A stretch of 64,000 nucleotides of DNA from an uncultured Pelagibacteraceae bacterium (GCA_902593405.1 CACJIB010000002.1:233-64232), one strand, 5' to 3'. Shown: positions 31,043 through 41,683, counted from the first letter of the stretch. A program made the numbers and translations. The notes: generated by a model not told the origin, from the letters alone.

Positions 31043-32074
31043 TTAACTACCGTTTTTTCTTCCTCCAAAAACTGTATCTATTATTTTTGAAGGTTTAATT
31101 GATCCTACAATATTATTATTTGAGTCAACTACTCCTACTAATTTTTCTTGAGTAAGTATTTTTTCTGCAACATTTTCTATAATTTCATCTTTTGATACTT
31201 TTAAATCTCCTAAATTATCTTTACTTGAAGCATCCATTACATCCTCAATTATCAAAACCTTCTCTCTCGGTACTTCTTCAGTAAACTTTCTTACATATTC
31301 AGTTGCTGGATTTAGCACGATATTGGCCGGTGTATCTAATTGTTCAATTATACCATCTTTCATAATTGCTATTCGATCAGCTAACTTTAATGCTTCATCA
31401 AAATCATGAGTAATGAACATGATGGTTTTCTGTAATTTTTCCTGAAGTCTTAAAAACTCATCTTGCATTTCTTTTCTAATCAACGGATCTAATGCAGAAA
31501 AAGGTTCATCTAAAAACCATATATCAGGCTCTACTGCTAATGACCTTGCGATACCTACCCTTTGTTGTTGTCCACCTGAAAGTTCTCTTGGGAAATAATT
31601 CTCTCTTCCATCTAGTCCAACTAGCTTTACCATTTCCATTGCTCTGCTAATACTCTCTTCAGTATTAGTGCCTTTTATCTGAAGTGGAAAAGCAATATTT
31701 TCAACAACTGTTTTATGAGGTAACAAAGCAAAGCTTTGAAACACCATTCCCATTTTATTTCTTCTAAGCTCAATAAGCTCTTTATTATTTAATTCTAATA
31801 AATCTTGACCTTCAATAAAAATTTTTCCACCAGTAGCATCTGTTAATCTTGAAATACATCTAAGAAGTGTTGATTTACCTGAACCAGATAAACCCATTAC
31901 TACTAACATTTCTCCTTTTGCAACTTCAAAAGAAGCATTATTTACTCCAACTATACATCCTCTTTCCTGAAAGGTTTTTGCATCTACATTGCCATTAGAC
32001 TCTTCAAGCATCCTTTTGGCATTTTGTCCAAAAATTTTATAAACCGACTCGCATTTGATTACAGTCTCAGACAT
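31043..32074 (-). CDS. tmoW: TMAO/betaine ABC transporter ATP-binding protein
   Basis: Walker A GLSGSGKS, LSGGQQQR, DEPFSALD. Confidence 0.82.
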   Translation of the reverse strand: MSETVIKCESVYKIFGQNAKRMLEESNGNVDAKTFQERGCIVGVNNASFEVAKGEMLVVMGLSGSGKSTLLRCISRLTDATGGKIFIEGQDLLELNNKELIELRRNKMGMVFQSFALLPHKTVVENIAFPLQIKGTNTEESISRAMEMVKLVGLDGRENYFPRELSGGQQQRVGIARSLAVEPDIWFLDEPFSALDPLIRKEMQDEFLRLQEKLQKTIMFITHDFDEALKLADRIAIMKDGIIEQLDTPANIVLNPATEYVRKFTEEVPREKVLIIEDVMDASSKDNLGDLKVSKDEIIENVAEKILTQEKLVGVVDSNNNIVGSIKPSKIIDTVFGGRKNGS

Positions 32075-32139
32075 AAATTGTTTTAAAGTTATATTAAATT
32101 CTATAAAATTAAAATGTTAATAATTGTTGCCTTTCCTCA

Positions 32140-32691
32140 TTAAAAATTTTTAATAAAATAAACTCTAGTATCAATTCCAGTACTTAAAAAACTTAAAGCT
32201 TCTCCACTTATAGTAATACTTTCATCAACACCTACATTGTTTCCACTAACTGTAAAACCCGCAAAACATTTATTTTTTTCTTCATCCCATTTGACAAAAG
32301 TCTCATCAATTTTATTTCCATTAATTGTATATAGCTCATGTGCTCTAAAATTTAAGAAATTAGCACCCATAATTGCTCTTTGAGGAATTAGTTTTGTAGC
32401 TTTACATACTTGCTCATATACATCATCCGTTAATTTGTAATGATCAGTTCCATCAAATGAAACCAATATACCAGAAGGTAATTTAGATATTAGTTCGCTA
32501 AGTTTTTTTTCTTCAGCAATTCTCTCCTCCTCTAACTTCATTCTTTTTACTAAATCATCACCTTGTCCAAAAATTCCATTTAAAATACTAAAAGATAAAA
32601 TTACTATTAGAGTAATAGATATAAGACCGATAAATTGTCTTAAAGACTCAGGTAAATCTTTTATTTTATTAATATAATTTTCTTTTGACAT
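32140..32691 (-). CDS. Hypothetical membrane-anchored protein
   Basis: N-terminal TM helix, coiled segment, two Cys; coupled to the upstream gene by TAATG. Confidence 0.7.
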   Translation of the reverse strand: MSKENYINKIKDLPESLRQFIGLISITLIVILSFSILNGIFGQGDDLVKRMKLEEERIAEEKKLSELISKLPSGILVSFDGTDHYKLTDDVYEQVCKATKLIPQRAIMGANFLNFRAHELYTINGNKIDETFVKWDEEKNKCFAGFTVSGNNVGVDESITISGEALSFLSTGIDTRVYFIKNF

Positions 32692-33068
32692 TATTCTTGT
32701 AACTTACCGTTTTTCCAAATACCTGATTTTTGTTTTCCATCTGCCCAAGTAAATGTTCCTTGTCCATTCATAAAACCTTTAGACCACTCTCCTTCATAGG
32801 TAGACCCATCAGGAAAAACTAAAGTTCCCTGTCCGCTCCATTCACTATTTTTAAATTCCCCTTTATAGATATAACCATTAGGCCAGGTTTCGACACCTTG
32901 ACCTTGTTTTTTAGTATTAACCCACTCCCCTTCGTAAGTAGTTTTATCGGTGTAAACCCATTTTCCAAAACCATTTTCACAGTTACCTTCTTTGCAGCCA
33001 GTGCTTCTTGCTAAAACTGATGAGCAGATCAAAAAACTAAAAAATATTATAAGAGAGTATTTTTTCAT
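32691..33068 (-). CDS. Secreted MORN-repeat protein
   Basis: Signal peptide followed by YEGEW...GQG repeats (about 4). Confidence 0.88.
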   Translation of the reverse strand: MKKYSLIIFFSFLICSSVLARSTGCKEGNCENGFGKWVYTDKTTYEGEWVNTKKQGQGVETWPNGYIYKGEFKNSEWSGQGTLVFPDGSTYEGEWSKGFMNGQGTFTWADGKQKSGIWKNGKLQE

Positions 33069-33093
33069 TGATACATTTTACACATATTGATTT

Positions 33094-33128
33094 AAAAAAA
33101 AATCCCCCCCAACGAAGTTGGGGGAGAT
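33094..33128 (-). terminator. Intrinsic terminator after tmoX
   Basis: GC-rich hairpin CCCCCAAC-TTC-GTTGGGGG on the minus strand followed by a 9-U tract. Confidence 0.85.
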
Positions 33129-33150
33129 CTTTAATTTTTAACTATAATCC

Positions 33151-34095
33151 TTATTTAGTAAATGCTTGCCAAACTGACTTGTTATCAGCTAACCATTTTT
33201 TAGCCGCGTCTTCGTGAGTCATTTTGTCAATATCAACTAAAGCTGCCATTGCACCAATTTGACTTGTAGAGAATGACATTTTTTTGAACGCTGCTGCTGC
33301 ATCAGGATGAGTTTTTGGGAAATCCTCATGAACTGCTTTTTTCAAGTATCCATCAGGAGAACCACATTTACCATCTCCACCATCTTCTGGTCTGCAACCA
33401 GCTGTGTATGGAGGGAAGTCAATAAATGTAAAACCAGCACCATCTGTAAAGTTAGGCGTCCAGTTGAAGATAATTGTTCCTCTTCCTTCTTTTTCAGCTG
33501 CAGCTAATTCTGCCCAAAGTGCATCAGCACTTCCAGCAAATTTAACCCACCATAAGTCACCTAAACCTAGTGCATCAACCCTTTGTGGAATTAAGTCACC
33601 ATGCCAAGTTTGTGGACCTTCCAACATTCTTCCTTTTCCATCTGGAGAGTCAGGTGTTGTAAAGTTTTTTGCACAATCTGGATTTTTTAAAGCTGTCCAA
33701 TCTGGTAGTCCTGGGCATAATCCTTTTTCAGCAACCCAGTTTGGATATCCCATATCCTCAAGAGTTCTTGCTTCATGATCACCCCAATCTAATAAACCAC
33801 CTTTATCTAAAGCAGTAGTAAAAGATTTACCGAATGCAGATTCCCATACCTCGTGAGATATAGTTACATCTCCAATTCTAATTGACTCATAAACTGCTTG
33901 TGAGTCAGCATTAACGTATTTTACGTTATTACCCATACTTTCAAAAATTCCACCAATAACATAAGCCATTACAATTTGAGATGACCAGTTATGTGTTGGA
34001 ATTACGATGGGCTTTTTGCTATCAGCATTTGAAATTCCTGCAAAACTTACAACAGAAATAACTAGAGCAGATAGTAAAGATATTATTTTTTTCAT
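33151..34095 (-). CDS. tmoX: TMAO ABC transporter substrate-binding protein
   Basis: Signal peptide; HNWSSQ, HEVWESAF, FNWTPNF and CGSPDGYLK motifs; divergent from tdm; AGAGGGG SD. Confidence 0.85.
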   Translation of the reverse strand: MKKIISLLSALVISVVSFAGISNADSKKPIVIPTHNWSSQIVMAYVIGGIFESMGNNVKYVNADSQAVYESIRIGDVTISHEVWESAFGKSFTTALDKGGLLDWGDHEARTLEDMGYPNWVAEKGLCPGLPDWTALKNPDCAKNFTTPDSPDGKGRMLEGPQTWHGDLIPQRVDALGLGDLWWVKFAGSADALWAELAAAEKEGRGTIIFNWTPNFTDGAGFTFIDFPPYTAGCRPEDGGDGKCGSPDGYLKKAVHEDFPKTHPDAAAAFKKMSFSTSQIGAMAALVDIDKMTHEDAAKKWLADNKSVWQAFTK

Positions 34096-34130
34096 ATATA
34101 CCCCTCTATTATTAATATATTAATACTGAA

Positions 34131-34159
34131 AGTATGTTCCTATTTAAAGTTATAGTCAA
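34131..34159 (-). promoter_or_regulatory. Putative sigma70 promoter for tmoX
   Basis: Minus strand TTGACT-N17-CATACT. Confidence 0.5.
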
Positions 34160-34199
34160 CTCGTTTTGATTATATTATGGTCTCACTTAAATTTAAAAA

Positions 34200-36539
34200 A
34201 TGTTGGGCACAAGCAAAGATATCAAATATCCTGGTTTGAATATTTTACCACCTGGAGTTGAAAGACATATTGTTAATGGTGGTGGTCTAACTGGTTTTCA
34301 AATTTTTCCTGATGATGAAGTAGAAATAATCAATAATGAAGGAAATCAAATATGTGAGATTATTTGTTTTGGAAAAGATGGAAATTCAGATCTTGGAATT
34401 TTAAATCTTAAATCAAACAATGAAAAAAACTTTGTAAGAAATATTCTTAGTGGGAATGATGAAACAATTTTAGCAACTAACTATCAATTAAAAAAAAGAA
34501 ATTTAAAAATTTCTAATTCAAAATCATCAATTATATTTGATCTAGACGCAAAACCTGGTGAAAAAATTAAATTAAAATCAAAAGATAAATGTTACGCAAT
34601 ATTTTCAGCACCTGGGGAAGATATGGATGTTACAAAACAAAATCCACCAACTGATTTAACTATATTTGTAAAAAGAGCTAAAATTGTTAATGATAAGGAA
34701 TTAAATGTAATTCCTGATCCTGTTTTCGAACCTGTTTATGAAGAAAATATAAATAAAGAGACTTCAATATCTTACGAGGTTAAAGAAGGAGATTATATTC
34801 AAGTGATAAGTCCGACTGGCAGACAATGTTCTGACTTTGTGGCATTCGATACAAGAAAATTAGAAAAAGGAATTGAAAAAGGATTAGACTGGCAAACCAC
34901 TAGAACATTTATGGGAAATACTTTTCCTGGACCAGGTTTGTTTTCTAAATTTTATGACACAGATCATGAGCCACTTGTTGAGGTAATAAGAGATACTGTT
35001 GGTAAACACGATACTTTTAATCTTGCATGTACTTCAAAATATTATGAAGATGCGGGCTATTTTGGTCACCCAAACTGTTCGGATAATTTAACTGAAAGTA
35101 TGTCTAAATATGGTGTTCAGAAACAGAAAGGTTGGCATGCAATTAATTTATTTTTTAACACTTCTGCTGGAGGATTAAATTCTGTTATTTCTGATGAATC
35201 TTATTCAAGGCCTGGTGATTATGTAATGTTTAAGGCTTTAAAAGATTTAACAATTGGAACAACTGCATGTCCAAGTGATATAGATCCTTGTAATTCATGG
35301 AATCCTACAAATATATTTGTTAGAACTTACGACAAAAATAAAGAATTTAGAAAGTCATTTGGTTTTAGAATGAAAACAGACTCTGAAAATAAACTTACTA
35401 GAAATTCTGGCTTTTATGAAAGAACTTCAAAATTAACTAGAAACTTTGTTGATGCTAGAGGGTTTTGGCTTCCAAATGATTACACCAAGCATGGTTTGGT
35501 TAATGAGTACAATGCTTGCAGAAATGATGCTGTATTAATTGATCTATCTTCACTAAGAAAATTTGAAATAATTGGTCCTGATGCTGAAGAGTTAATGAAT
35601 TACACTCTTACAAGAAATATAAAAAAACTTTCTGTTGGACAGGTTGTATATTCTGCAATGTGTTACGAAAATGGAATGATGTTCGATGATGGAACTCTTT
35701 TAAGATTAAGCGAAACAGGTTTTAGATGGATATGTGGAGATGAGTATGGTGGAGAATGGCTTAAAGAAATTGCAAAGAAAAAGAATTTTAATGCTATTGT
35801 TAAAAACTCTACTGATCAAATTAGCAATGTATCTTTGCAAGGTCCAAAAAGTAGAGAAATTTTAAAAAAAATTATCTTTACACCACCTACACAGCCTTCG
35901 ATAGATGAGTTGGGCTGGTTTAGATTTACAATTTGTAGAATAGAAGAGCTTCAAGGTATTCCGTTAATTGTTTCTAGAACAGGTTATACTGGTGAGTTAG
36001 GTTATGAAATATGGTGTCATCCAAAACATGCTCCTGAAGTTTGGGATAAATTAATGGAAGCAGGTAAAAATGATGGATTGATACCAGCAGGGTTCGCTGC
36101 CTTAGACAAACTAAGAATTGAGGCAGGTTTAATTCTATTTGGCGCTGAGTTTGATGGAGAGCAAGATCCTTTTGAAGCCGGGATTGGTTTTACTGTTCCA
36201 TTGAAAACAAAAGAAGAAGATTTTATTGGTAAAGAGGAATTAATTAAAAGAAAAGCTAACCCTCAAAAGAAATTGGTAGGATTAGAACTTAATGGAAAAG
36301 AAATAGCAGGCCACGGAGACTGTGTTCATGTTGGAAGATCACAAGTTGGTATAGTTACAAGCGGATGCCTGTCCTCTACTTTGAATAAAAATATTGCTCT
36401 TTGCAGAATAGATGTCCAATACTCAGAAATTGGTACTGAAGTTGAAATAGGTAAAATCGATGGTCATCAAAAAAGGATTGGTGCTAAAGTTGTTGGTTTT
36501 CCATTCTACGATCCAACTAAATCTAGAGTTAGGGCTTAA
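34200..36539 (+). CDS. tdm: Trimethylamine N-oxide demethylase (DUF1989 + GcvT domains)
   Basis: GRQCSDF, HDTFNLAC, HPNCSDN and ACPSDID (Zn Cys) in the N-terminal half; GcvT C-terminal half; adjacent to tmoX. Confidence 0.9.
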   Translation: MLGTSKDIKYPGLNILPPGVERHIVNGGGLTGFQIFPDDEVEIINNEGNQICEIICFGKDGNSDLGILNLKSNNEKNFVRNILSGNDETILATNYQLKKRNLKISNSKSSIIFDLDAKPGEKIKLKSKDKCYAIFSAPGEDMDVTKQNPPTDLTIFVKRAKIVNDKELNVIPDPVFEPVYEENINKETSISYEVKEGDYIQVISPTGRQCSDFVAFDTRKLEKGIEKGLDWQTTRTFMGNTFPGPGLFSKFYDTDHEPLVEVIRDTVGKHDTFNLACTSKYYEDAGYFGHPNCSDNLTESMSKYGVQKQKGWHAINLFFNTSAGGLNSVISDESYSRPGDYVMFKALKDLTIGTTACPSDIDPCNSWNPTNIFVRTYDKNKEFRKSFGFRMKTDSENKLTRNSGFYERTSKLTRNFVDARGFWLPNDYTKHGLVNEYNACRNDAVLIDLSSLRKFEIIGPDAEELMNYTLTRNIKKLSVGQVVYSAMCYENGMMFDDGTLLRLSETGFRWICGDEYGGEWLKEIAKKKNFNAIVKNSTDQISNVSLQGPKSREILKKIIFTPPTQPSIDELGWFRFTICRIEELQGIPLIVSRTGYTGELGYEIWCHPKHAPEVWDKLMEAGKNDGLIPAGFAALDKLRIEAGLILFGAEFDGEQDPFEAGIGFTVPLKTKEEDFIGKEELIKRKANPQKKLVGLELNGKEIAGHGDCVHVGRSQVGIVTSGCLSSTLNKNIALCRIDVQYSEIGTEVEIGKIDGHQKRIGAKVVGFPFYDPTKSRVRA

Positions 36540-36544
36540 GATAA

Positions 36545-36895
36545 ATGCCAAAAGAAAAAAAGACCTTATTAGATTTTTGGGAAGATCAAATGAGACAGTC
36601 TCATACTGCTAGTAACTATTTTTTTAGAAAATCCCCTTCTCACTATCATATGATGTTATTAGTAATGTCTGCATACAAAGAAAATAAAAAACTATCTGTA
36701 GAAGAACTTAAAACTAAATTATTTAAAACATCTAGACCAAAATCTGCATTAATTATTACTGAAGCTTGTGAAAAAGGATTCTTTCGTCTTGAAAAAACAT
36801 CAACAGACCAAAGGATAAAAAATATAATACCTAGTGAGTCTTTTATTAAAGAATTTAATGAATACTTGGATACCTTAAAAAATATAAGTTATTAG
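36545..36895 (+). CDS. Putative MarR-like winged-helix protein
   Basis: 116 aa; HTH-like LSVEELK...SRPKS and wing DQR motif. Confidence 0.55.
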   Translation: MPKEKKTLLDFWEDQMRQSHTASNYFFRKSPSHYHMMLLVMSAYKENKKLSVEELKTKLFKTSRPKSALIITEACEKGFFRLEKTSTDQRIKNIIPSESFIKEFNEYLDTLKNISY

Positions 36896-36996
36896 CGATA
36901 AATTTCACAAAAATTGAAATATCTAAATTATATATATAATTTTTAGTTCTATAAAAAATTATATTAATTACTATTTGCAAAAAATAATGTTTTCAT

Positions 36997-38325
36997 ATGA
37001 CGACATTACCCTCGAAAGCTAAAGTAGTTATAATTGGTGGTGGAATTCACGGTCTAAGTACTGCTTGGAAACTTTCAGAAACTTACAAAAATCCTGGTGA
37101 CATCGTTGTTTTAGAAAAAAAAGATACTGCTGCTGGTGCAAGCGGAATTGCTTGTGGTGTTGTAAGAAATAATTATTTCCAACCAGCAATGAGAGAGCTT
37201 ATGGCTCACTCAGTTTCAGTTTGGGAGAGTGATCCTAAAGCATTTAAATATAACCCTGTTGGCTACTTACAAATTTCACCTGAAGTAATGCATGAAGATG
37301 TTGCAAGCATTTATGAGCAACAAAAAGCAATCGGATATGAGTCAGTATTTATTGAAGGTGAAAAAGATTGTTCGAATTATATGAAAGATATTTTTGATGA
37401 TTGGCAAGCACAAGGCATCACTTCAATACTTCATGAAAAAAAAGGTGGATACGCATTTAACAAAGATTCAATTAAAGCACTTGAAAGTAAATCTACATCA
37501 AACGGTGTTCAGGTTATGAAAGGTGTAAAAGTAACAGGTTTTAAAAGAGGAAGTAACAGTCAAGCTGTTACAGGGGTGGAGACAGACAAAGGTACAATTG
37601 AGTGTGAACAGGTTGTGATCGGTGCAGGTCCATGGGCGAGAGATTTTTGGAATATGTTAGAGTTACCTAAAACGGCTAACATTAAAGGCAAAGATGGTAA
37701 AATGCATGTAACAGATATGTGGACATACTGGATGCTACAAGAAGGTGTTATTGGTGTTGAGCCAGATTTTCTAAAAACTAATGATGGAAAACAACCTCCT
37801 GTGGTTCATGTAGACTCGACTGCTCCGTTATATTCAGACAAAACAAAAAAATTATTAACAGATAAAATTTGGGGAATTTATTACAAACCTGACATTGAAG
37901 GATTAGGTGTACAAGGGGGAACTTCTCCTTACATAGTTAAAAAACATTTTGATCAAGTTAATGTTGATCCTTATGGAATTGAGTCGCCTGAATATCAAAC
38001 AACAGACGCATTTAGTGAAATGTGGTGTTCAGCTTTAGCGCATTGTCAAAAAAGATTTGAGGGTAAATCTGATTTATATAGAAAAGGACCATCGGGCGGA
38101 CTTGGATGTATGACACCAGACTCGTTTCCAATCTTTGATAGATTTTTTGAAAACGTTTACATGATTGCAGATGCCAATCATGGTTATAAAATGATTGGGG
38201 TTGGAGAACTTGTTGCAAAAGAAATTCTTGGTACTGAAAGTGATTTATTAAAACCATTTAGATTCAACCGTTACGAGAAGGGTGAACTTCACCCTACTTC
38301 GAACAGTCCGTTTCCTTGGAGCTAG
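36997..38325 (+). CDS. Stand-alone FAD-dependent N-methyl-amino acid oxidoreductase (DAO/SoxB-like)
   Basis: IIGGGIHG, ASGIACGVVRNNY, TPDSFPI and NHGYKM motifs. Confidence 0.85.
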   Translation: MTTLPSKAKVVIIGGGIHGLSTAWKLSETYKNPGDIVVLEKKDTAAGASGIACGVVRNNYFQPAMRELMAHSVSVWESDPKAFKYNPVGYLQISPEVMHEDVASIYEQQKAIGYESVFIEGEKDCSNYMKDIFDDWQAQGITSILHEKKGGYAFNKDSIKALESKSTSNGVQVMKGVKVTGFKRGSNSQAVTGVETDKGTIECEQVVIGAGPWARDFWNMLELPKTANIKGKDGKMHVTDMWTYWMLQEGVIGVEPDFLKTNDGKQPPVVHVDSTAPLYSDKTKKLLTDKIWGIYYKPDIEGLGVQGGTSPYIVKKHFDQVNVDPYGIESPEYQTTDAFSEMWCSALAHCQKRFEGKSDLYRKGPSGGLGCMTPDSFPIFDRFFENVYMIADANHGYKMIGVGELVAKEILGTESDLLKPFRFNRYEKGELHPTSNSPFPWS

Positions 38326-38394
38326 ACTCTAAGCCTAGACACAAATAAATTTTTCAGCTACGTTTGAATAAATTAAATTCATTGAGGGGTGAAA

Positions 38395-39864
38395 ATGACA
38401 GATCTAGAGAAACACGTTAACCAGCCAGGTAGAGCAAAATTAGTTAAAAAAGTTAGAGAAAAAATTAATGAACTTGGCATAACTTATATTTATTATCAAT
38501 TCATTTCTGTAACAGGTAGAGTTGTTGGTAAAGGAATCCCTGCAGATCACTGGGAAAGAACAGCTGAAAAAGGATTTCAATTAGTTTACGGTGCTACAGC
38601 AAACTTATTCTTAGATCGTCATAATAATTACATTGGATACGGACCAGAAGCTATGGAGCTTGTTGGAATACCTGATCCTGAAACTTTTGTTCAATTACCA
38701 TGGGATAAAAGAGTTGGAAGAGTATTTGTAACTTGTTTTAGAAACAGAGAAGAAAGAAAAAATCCAGGCGGTCATTTAACTTCAGACTGCAGAGGAAATT
38801 TAAGAATTTTCATGGATGAATTTAAGAAAAAACATGGTCTAGAATTAAGAGTTGGTACTGAGCCTGAAATGATGTGGTTAACAAAAAATGAGGATGGAAC
38901 ACCTACAGGTAAAGGTTTTTCTAAACCATTCTGTTATCACATTGATCAATTTGAGTCATTAAGACCAGTGTTTATGAAGGTTATTGAGTACGCAAAAGCA
39001 ATGGGTCTTGATATGATTCAAGGAGATCACGAAGATGCTCCTGGCCAATTAGAGTTAAACTGGACTTACGATAACGTTTTAAGAAATGCAGATAGATTGT
39101 CAACCTATAGACAAATTTGTGCTCAAGTTGCCAGAGAACATAATTTAATTGCTTGCTTTATGACAAAACCATTTATGGGTGTTTCTGCTAGTGGTTGTCA
39201 TACAAATATGTCTTTATGGAAAGGTGGAAAAATAAAAATTAACAAACTTGGAAACAAAACTCTACCAGGTGTAGAAGAAGTATTTAGTTATGTTGAAGGT
39301 GGAACTAATACTTTCATGCCTGATACAAAAGATATGCAATTACCAGGTAAAATTGGTTTGCAATCAATTGCAGGTATCATGAAGCACTTACCAGCATTAA
39401 CAGCTCTTGGATCTTCAACTGTAAATTCTTATAGAAGATTATGGGATCAAGGTTTTTGGGCTCCTGTTTACGCAGACTGGGGATATCAAAACAGAACTTG
39501 TGGTTTAAGAGTTTCTGCCCCAGGAAGATTTGAGTATAGATCAGTAGACTCGATGCACAATCCTTACTTATTAGGTGCTGCTTTATTAAAAGCTTGTGAT
39601 GAAGGTATAACTAAAAAAATGAAACCAGCAGCTCCAGAATCTAGAAATATTTATGAAGCTCAAAAAGCTGGTAAAGATGTAAAAAAACTTCCATTAAGTT
39701 TAGGTGAAGCTTTGGATAGACTGGCAGAGGATGAAGTAATCAAATCTGCAATGCCAGATGAAATGTATAAAGTTTTCCATTGGTACAAAAACGATGAGTG
39801 GGAAAGATTTCTTGGTGCAACAACACAATGGGATCTGGATACTTATCTTGATTGTCTACCGTAG
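38395..39864 (+). CDS. Glutamine synthetase-like gamma-glutamyl-amine ligase (non-canonical)
   Basis: GTEPE, DHEDAPGQLE, SGCHTN, NSYRRL, NRT and FEYR motifs; flap reads GFWAP rather than GYEAP; GAGGGG SD before ATG 38395. Confidence 0.85.
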   Translation: MTDLEKHVNQPGRAKLVKKVREKINELGITYIYYQFISVTGRVVGKGIPADHWERTAEKGFQLVYGATANLFLDRHNNYIGYGPEAMELVGIPDPETFVQLPWDKRVGRVFVTCFRNREERKNPGGHLTSDCRGNLRIFMDEFKKKHGLELRVGTEPEMMWLTKNEDGTPTGKGFSKPFCYHIDQFESLRPVFMKVIEYAKAMGLDMIQGDHEDAPGQLELNWTYDNVLRNADRLSTYRQICAQVAREHNLIACFMTKPFMGVSASGCHTNMSLWKGGKIKINKLGNKTLPGVEEVFSYVEGGTNTFMPDTKDMQLPGKIGLQSIAGIMKHLPALTALGSSTVNSYRRLWDQGFWAPVYADWGYQNRTCGLRVSAPGRFEYRSVDSMHNPYLLGAALLKACDEGITKKMKPAAPESRNIYEAQKAGKDVKKLPLSLGEALDRLAEDEVIKSAMPDEMYKVFHWYKNDEWERFLGATTQWDLDTYLDCLP

Positions 39865-39896
39865 GTCACAGAAATAGATAGAAAGGGTATAAATAT

Positions 39897-40841
39897 ATGT
39901 GTGGAATAGCAGGTTTAATTCATAGAGGTAAATCTTCAAATGTTGGAAGTGAATTGCAAGGTATGCTTCAAGCATTAAAACATAGAGGAGAAGATTCAAC
40001 GGGTTACGCTTTATATGGCGATACGGATGGAAAAAACTTCATCATGCGTTTTAAAGTTGGAGAAAACGTTGGAGAAGGAAGTTCATCAGTTATGGAAGAT
40101 GTGTCTGTTTACGACAAAAGAAAAAAAATTGTAGATGAAACTCTGGCTGAAATGGGAGCTAAAATAGTTAAAGAAGAAAGAACTCTTCCCTACTCTTTGA
40201 GATATGAAATTGATTATAATGTTAAAGATCTGTTAGAATTTTCACAACGTATAGAAAGTATTCCGGGTGTTGAAATTCTTTCTATGGGTAAATCTTTAGA
40301 AGTGATTAAAGATCTTGGAAACGCTAAAATGGTTTGTGATAGATATAGCTTAGATAAAGTTGTTGGAACACATGCTATAGGTCATGCTAGAATGGCTACA
40401 GAGTCTGGTGTAGATATCAAATCTGCCCACCCTTTTTGGGGATATCCATTTAGTGATGTATCTGTAGTTCATAATGGACAATTAACAAACTACTGGAATA
40501 ACAGAAGAGTTTTAGAAAACAAAGGTATGAGATTTATGTCTGAGTGTGACTCGGAGTTAATTGCAGTTTACCTTGCTGAAAAAATGAGAGACGGTGCAAC
40601 TTTAGAAGAAGGAATGAAAGCATCTTTAACTGGTTTAGATGGTGTTTTTACTTACTTTGTTGCAACAAAAGACTCTTTAGGAATGGCTAAAGATACTATG
40701 GCTGCAAAACCTCTGGTCTTATATGAGTCTGATGATTTAGTTGCTATGGGGTCTGAAGAAATTGCAATTAGATCTGTATTACCACAAGAAATTGATACAT
40801 ATGATCCATTTGATGGGGAGGTTAAAGTATGGCAAATCTAA
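39897..40841 (+). CDS. Class II glutamine amidotransferase (N-methylglutamate synthase subunit A-like)
   Basis: N-terminal MCGI; HRGEDSTG, GHARMATES, AHPF and HNGQL motifs. Confidence 0.85.
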   Translation: MCGIAGLIHRGKSSNVGSELQGMLQALKHRGEDSTGYALYGDTDGKNFIMRFKVGENVGEGSSSVMEDVSVYDKRKKIVDETLAEMGAKIVKEERTLPYSLRYEIDYNVKDLLEFSQRIESIPGVEILSMGKSLEVIKDLGNAKMVCDRYSLDKVVGTHAIGHARMATESGVDIKSAHPFWGYPFSDVSVVHNGQLTNYWNNRRVLENKGMRFMSECDSELIAVYLAEKMRDGATLEEGMKASLTGLDGVFTYFVATKDSLGMAKDTMAAKPLVLYESDDLVAMGSEEIAIRSVLPQEIDTYDPFDGEVKVWQI

Positions 40842-41683
40842 AAACAGTATCGAAAAAATCAAAAGCCCAATCAATGGGTATGCACACTGAGGTTTTAACA
40901 GGTAGAACTCAGCAAAAATTCTTTAATCCTGATGAAGCAGAAAACTTTTACTACTTTGGTACATACGATGTAGATTTTAATAAAAGAACTGATCTTGATG
41001 TTAAGGACATGACAGCGCCAGAGGCTAATAAAGAAATCGATAATTTAATGAGCCAAGGTTATGGAACAATAGTAATAAAAAACCCTCAAGGTAAACACAG
41101 TCTTGGAGTTGGTATTTTAAATAAACTAAATTTAATTTTTGAAGGAAGTTTAGGATACTTTGGAATGGGTTCTTGTGATGGTCCAATAGTTAGAATTAAC
41201 GGAAGAGTTGGATGGTCATGTGCAGAAAATTTAATGGCTGGTAAAGTAGTAATCGAAAAAAATGCAGGATCTTGTTTTGGTGCGGCAATTAGAGGTGGAG
41301 ATTTAATTTGCAAAGGTAGTGTTGGTGCCAGAACCGGGATTGACATGAAAGGTGGAACTATCATTATTGGCGGAGATGCAGGTGCATTCACAGGTTTTAT
41401 GATGCAAAGAGGAAGAATAATTATTCTTGGAGATGTGGGAATAAATTTAGGTGACTCGATGTATGATGGGACAATTTTCGTAGGTGGAGAAATTGGATCA
41501 TATGGTAGTGATGCAGTAGACGCTGAATTAACTAAAAGCGATCAAGATTGGCTAAAAAGAAAATTAAAAGTAGCTGAGATTGGTGAAAACTTTGACGTTA
41601 GTAAAATGAAAAAAATTGTAGCTGGTAAGAAACTTTGGAATTATGACAATTTGGAACCTACAGAGAAGAAGGGAGCAATATAA
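40829..41683 (+). CDS. GXGXG domain protein (N-methylglutamate synthase subunit B-like)
   Basis: Repeated GxxxG beta-helix (AENLMAG, GIDMKGG, GDSMYDG); LWNY C-terminus. Confidence 0.85.
   Translation: MANLKTVSKKSKAQSMGMHTEVLTGRTQQKFFNPDEAENFYYFGTYDVDFNKRTDLDVKDMTAPEANKEIDNLMSQGYGTIVIKNPQGKHSLGVGILNKLNLIFEGSLGYFGMGSCDGPIVRINGRVGWSCAENLMAGKVVIEKNAGSCFGAAIRGGDLICKGSVGARTGIDMKGGTIIIGGDAGAFTGFMMQRGRIIILGDVGINLGDSMYDGTIFVGGEIGSYGSDAVDAELTKSDQDWLKRKLKVAEIGENFDVSKMKKIVAGKKLWNYDNLEPTEKKGAI

Noticed and set aside
38389-39864. Calling this or 45507-46832 a true glutamine synthetase (glnA)
   Set aside because: The ammonium-site features (FDGSS Asp and flap Glu) are replaced in both
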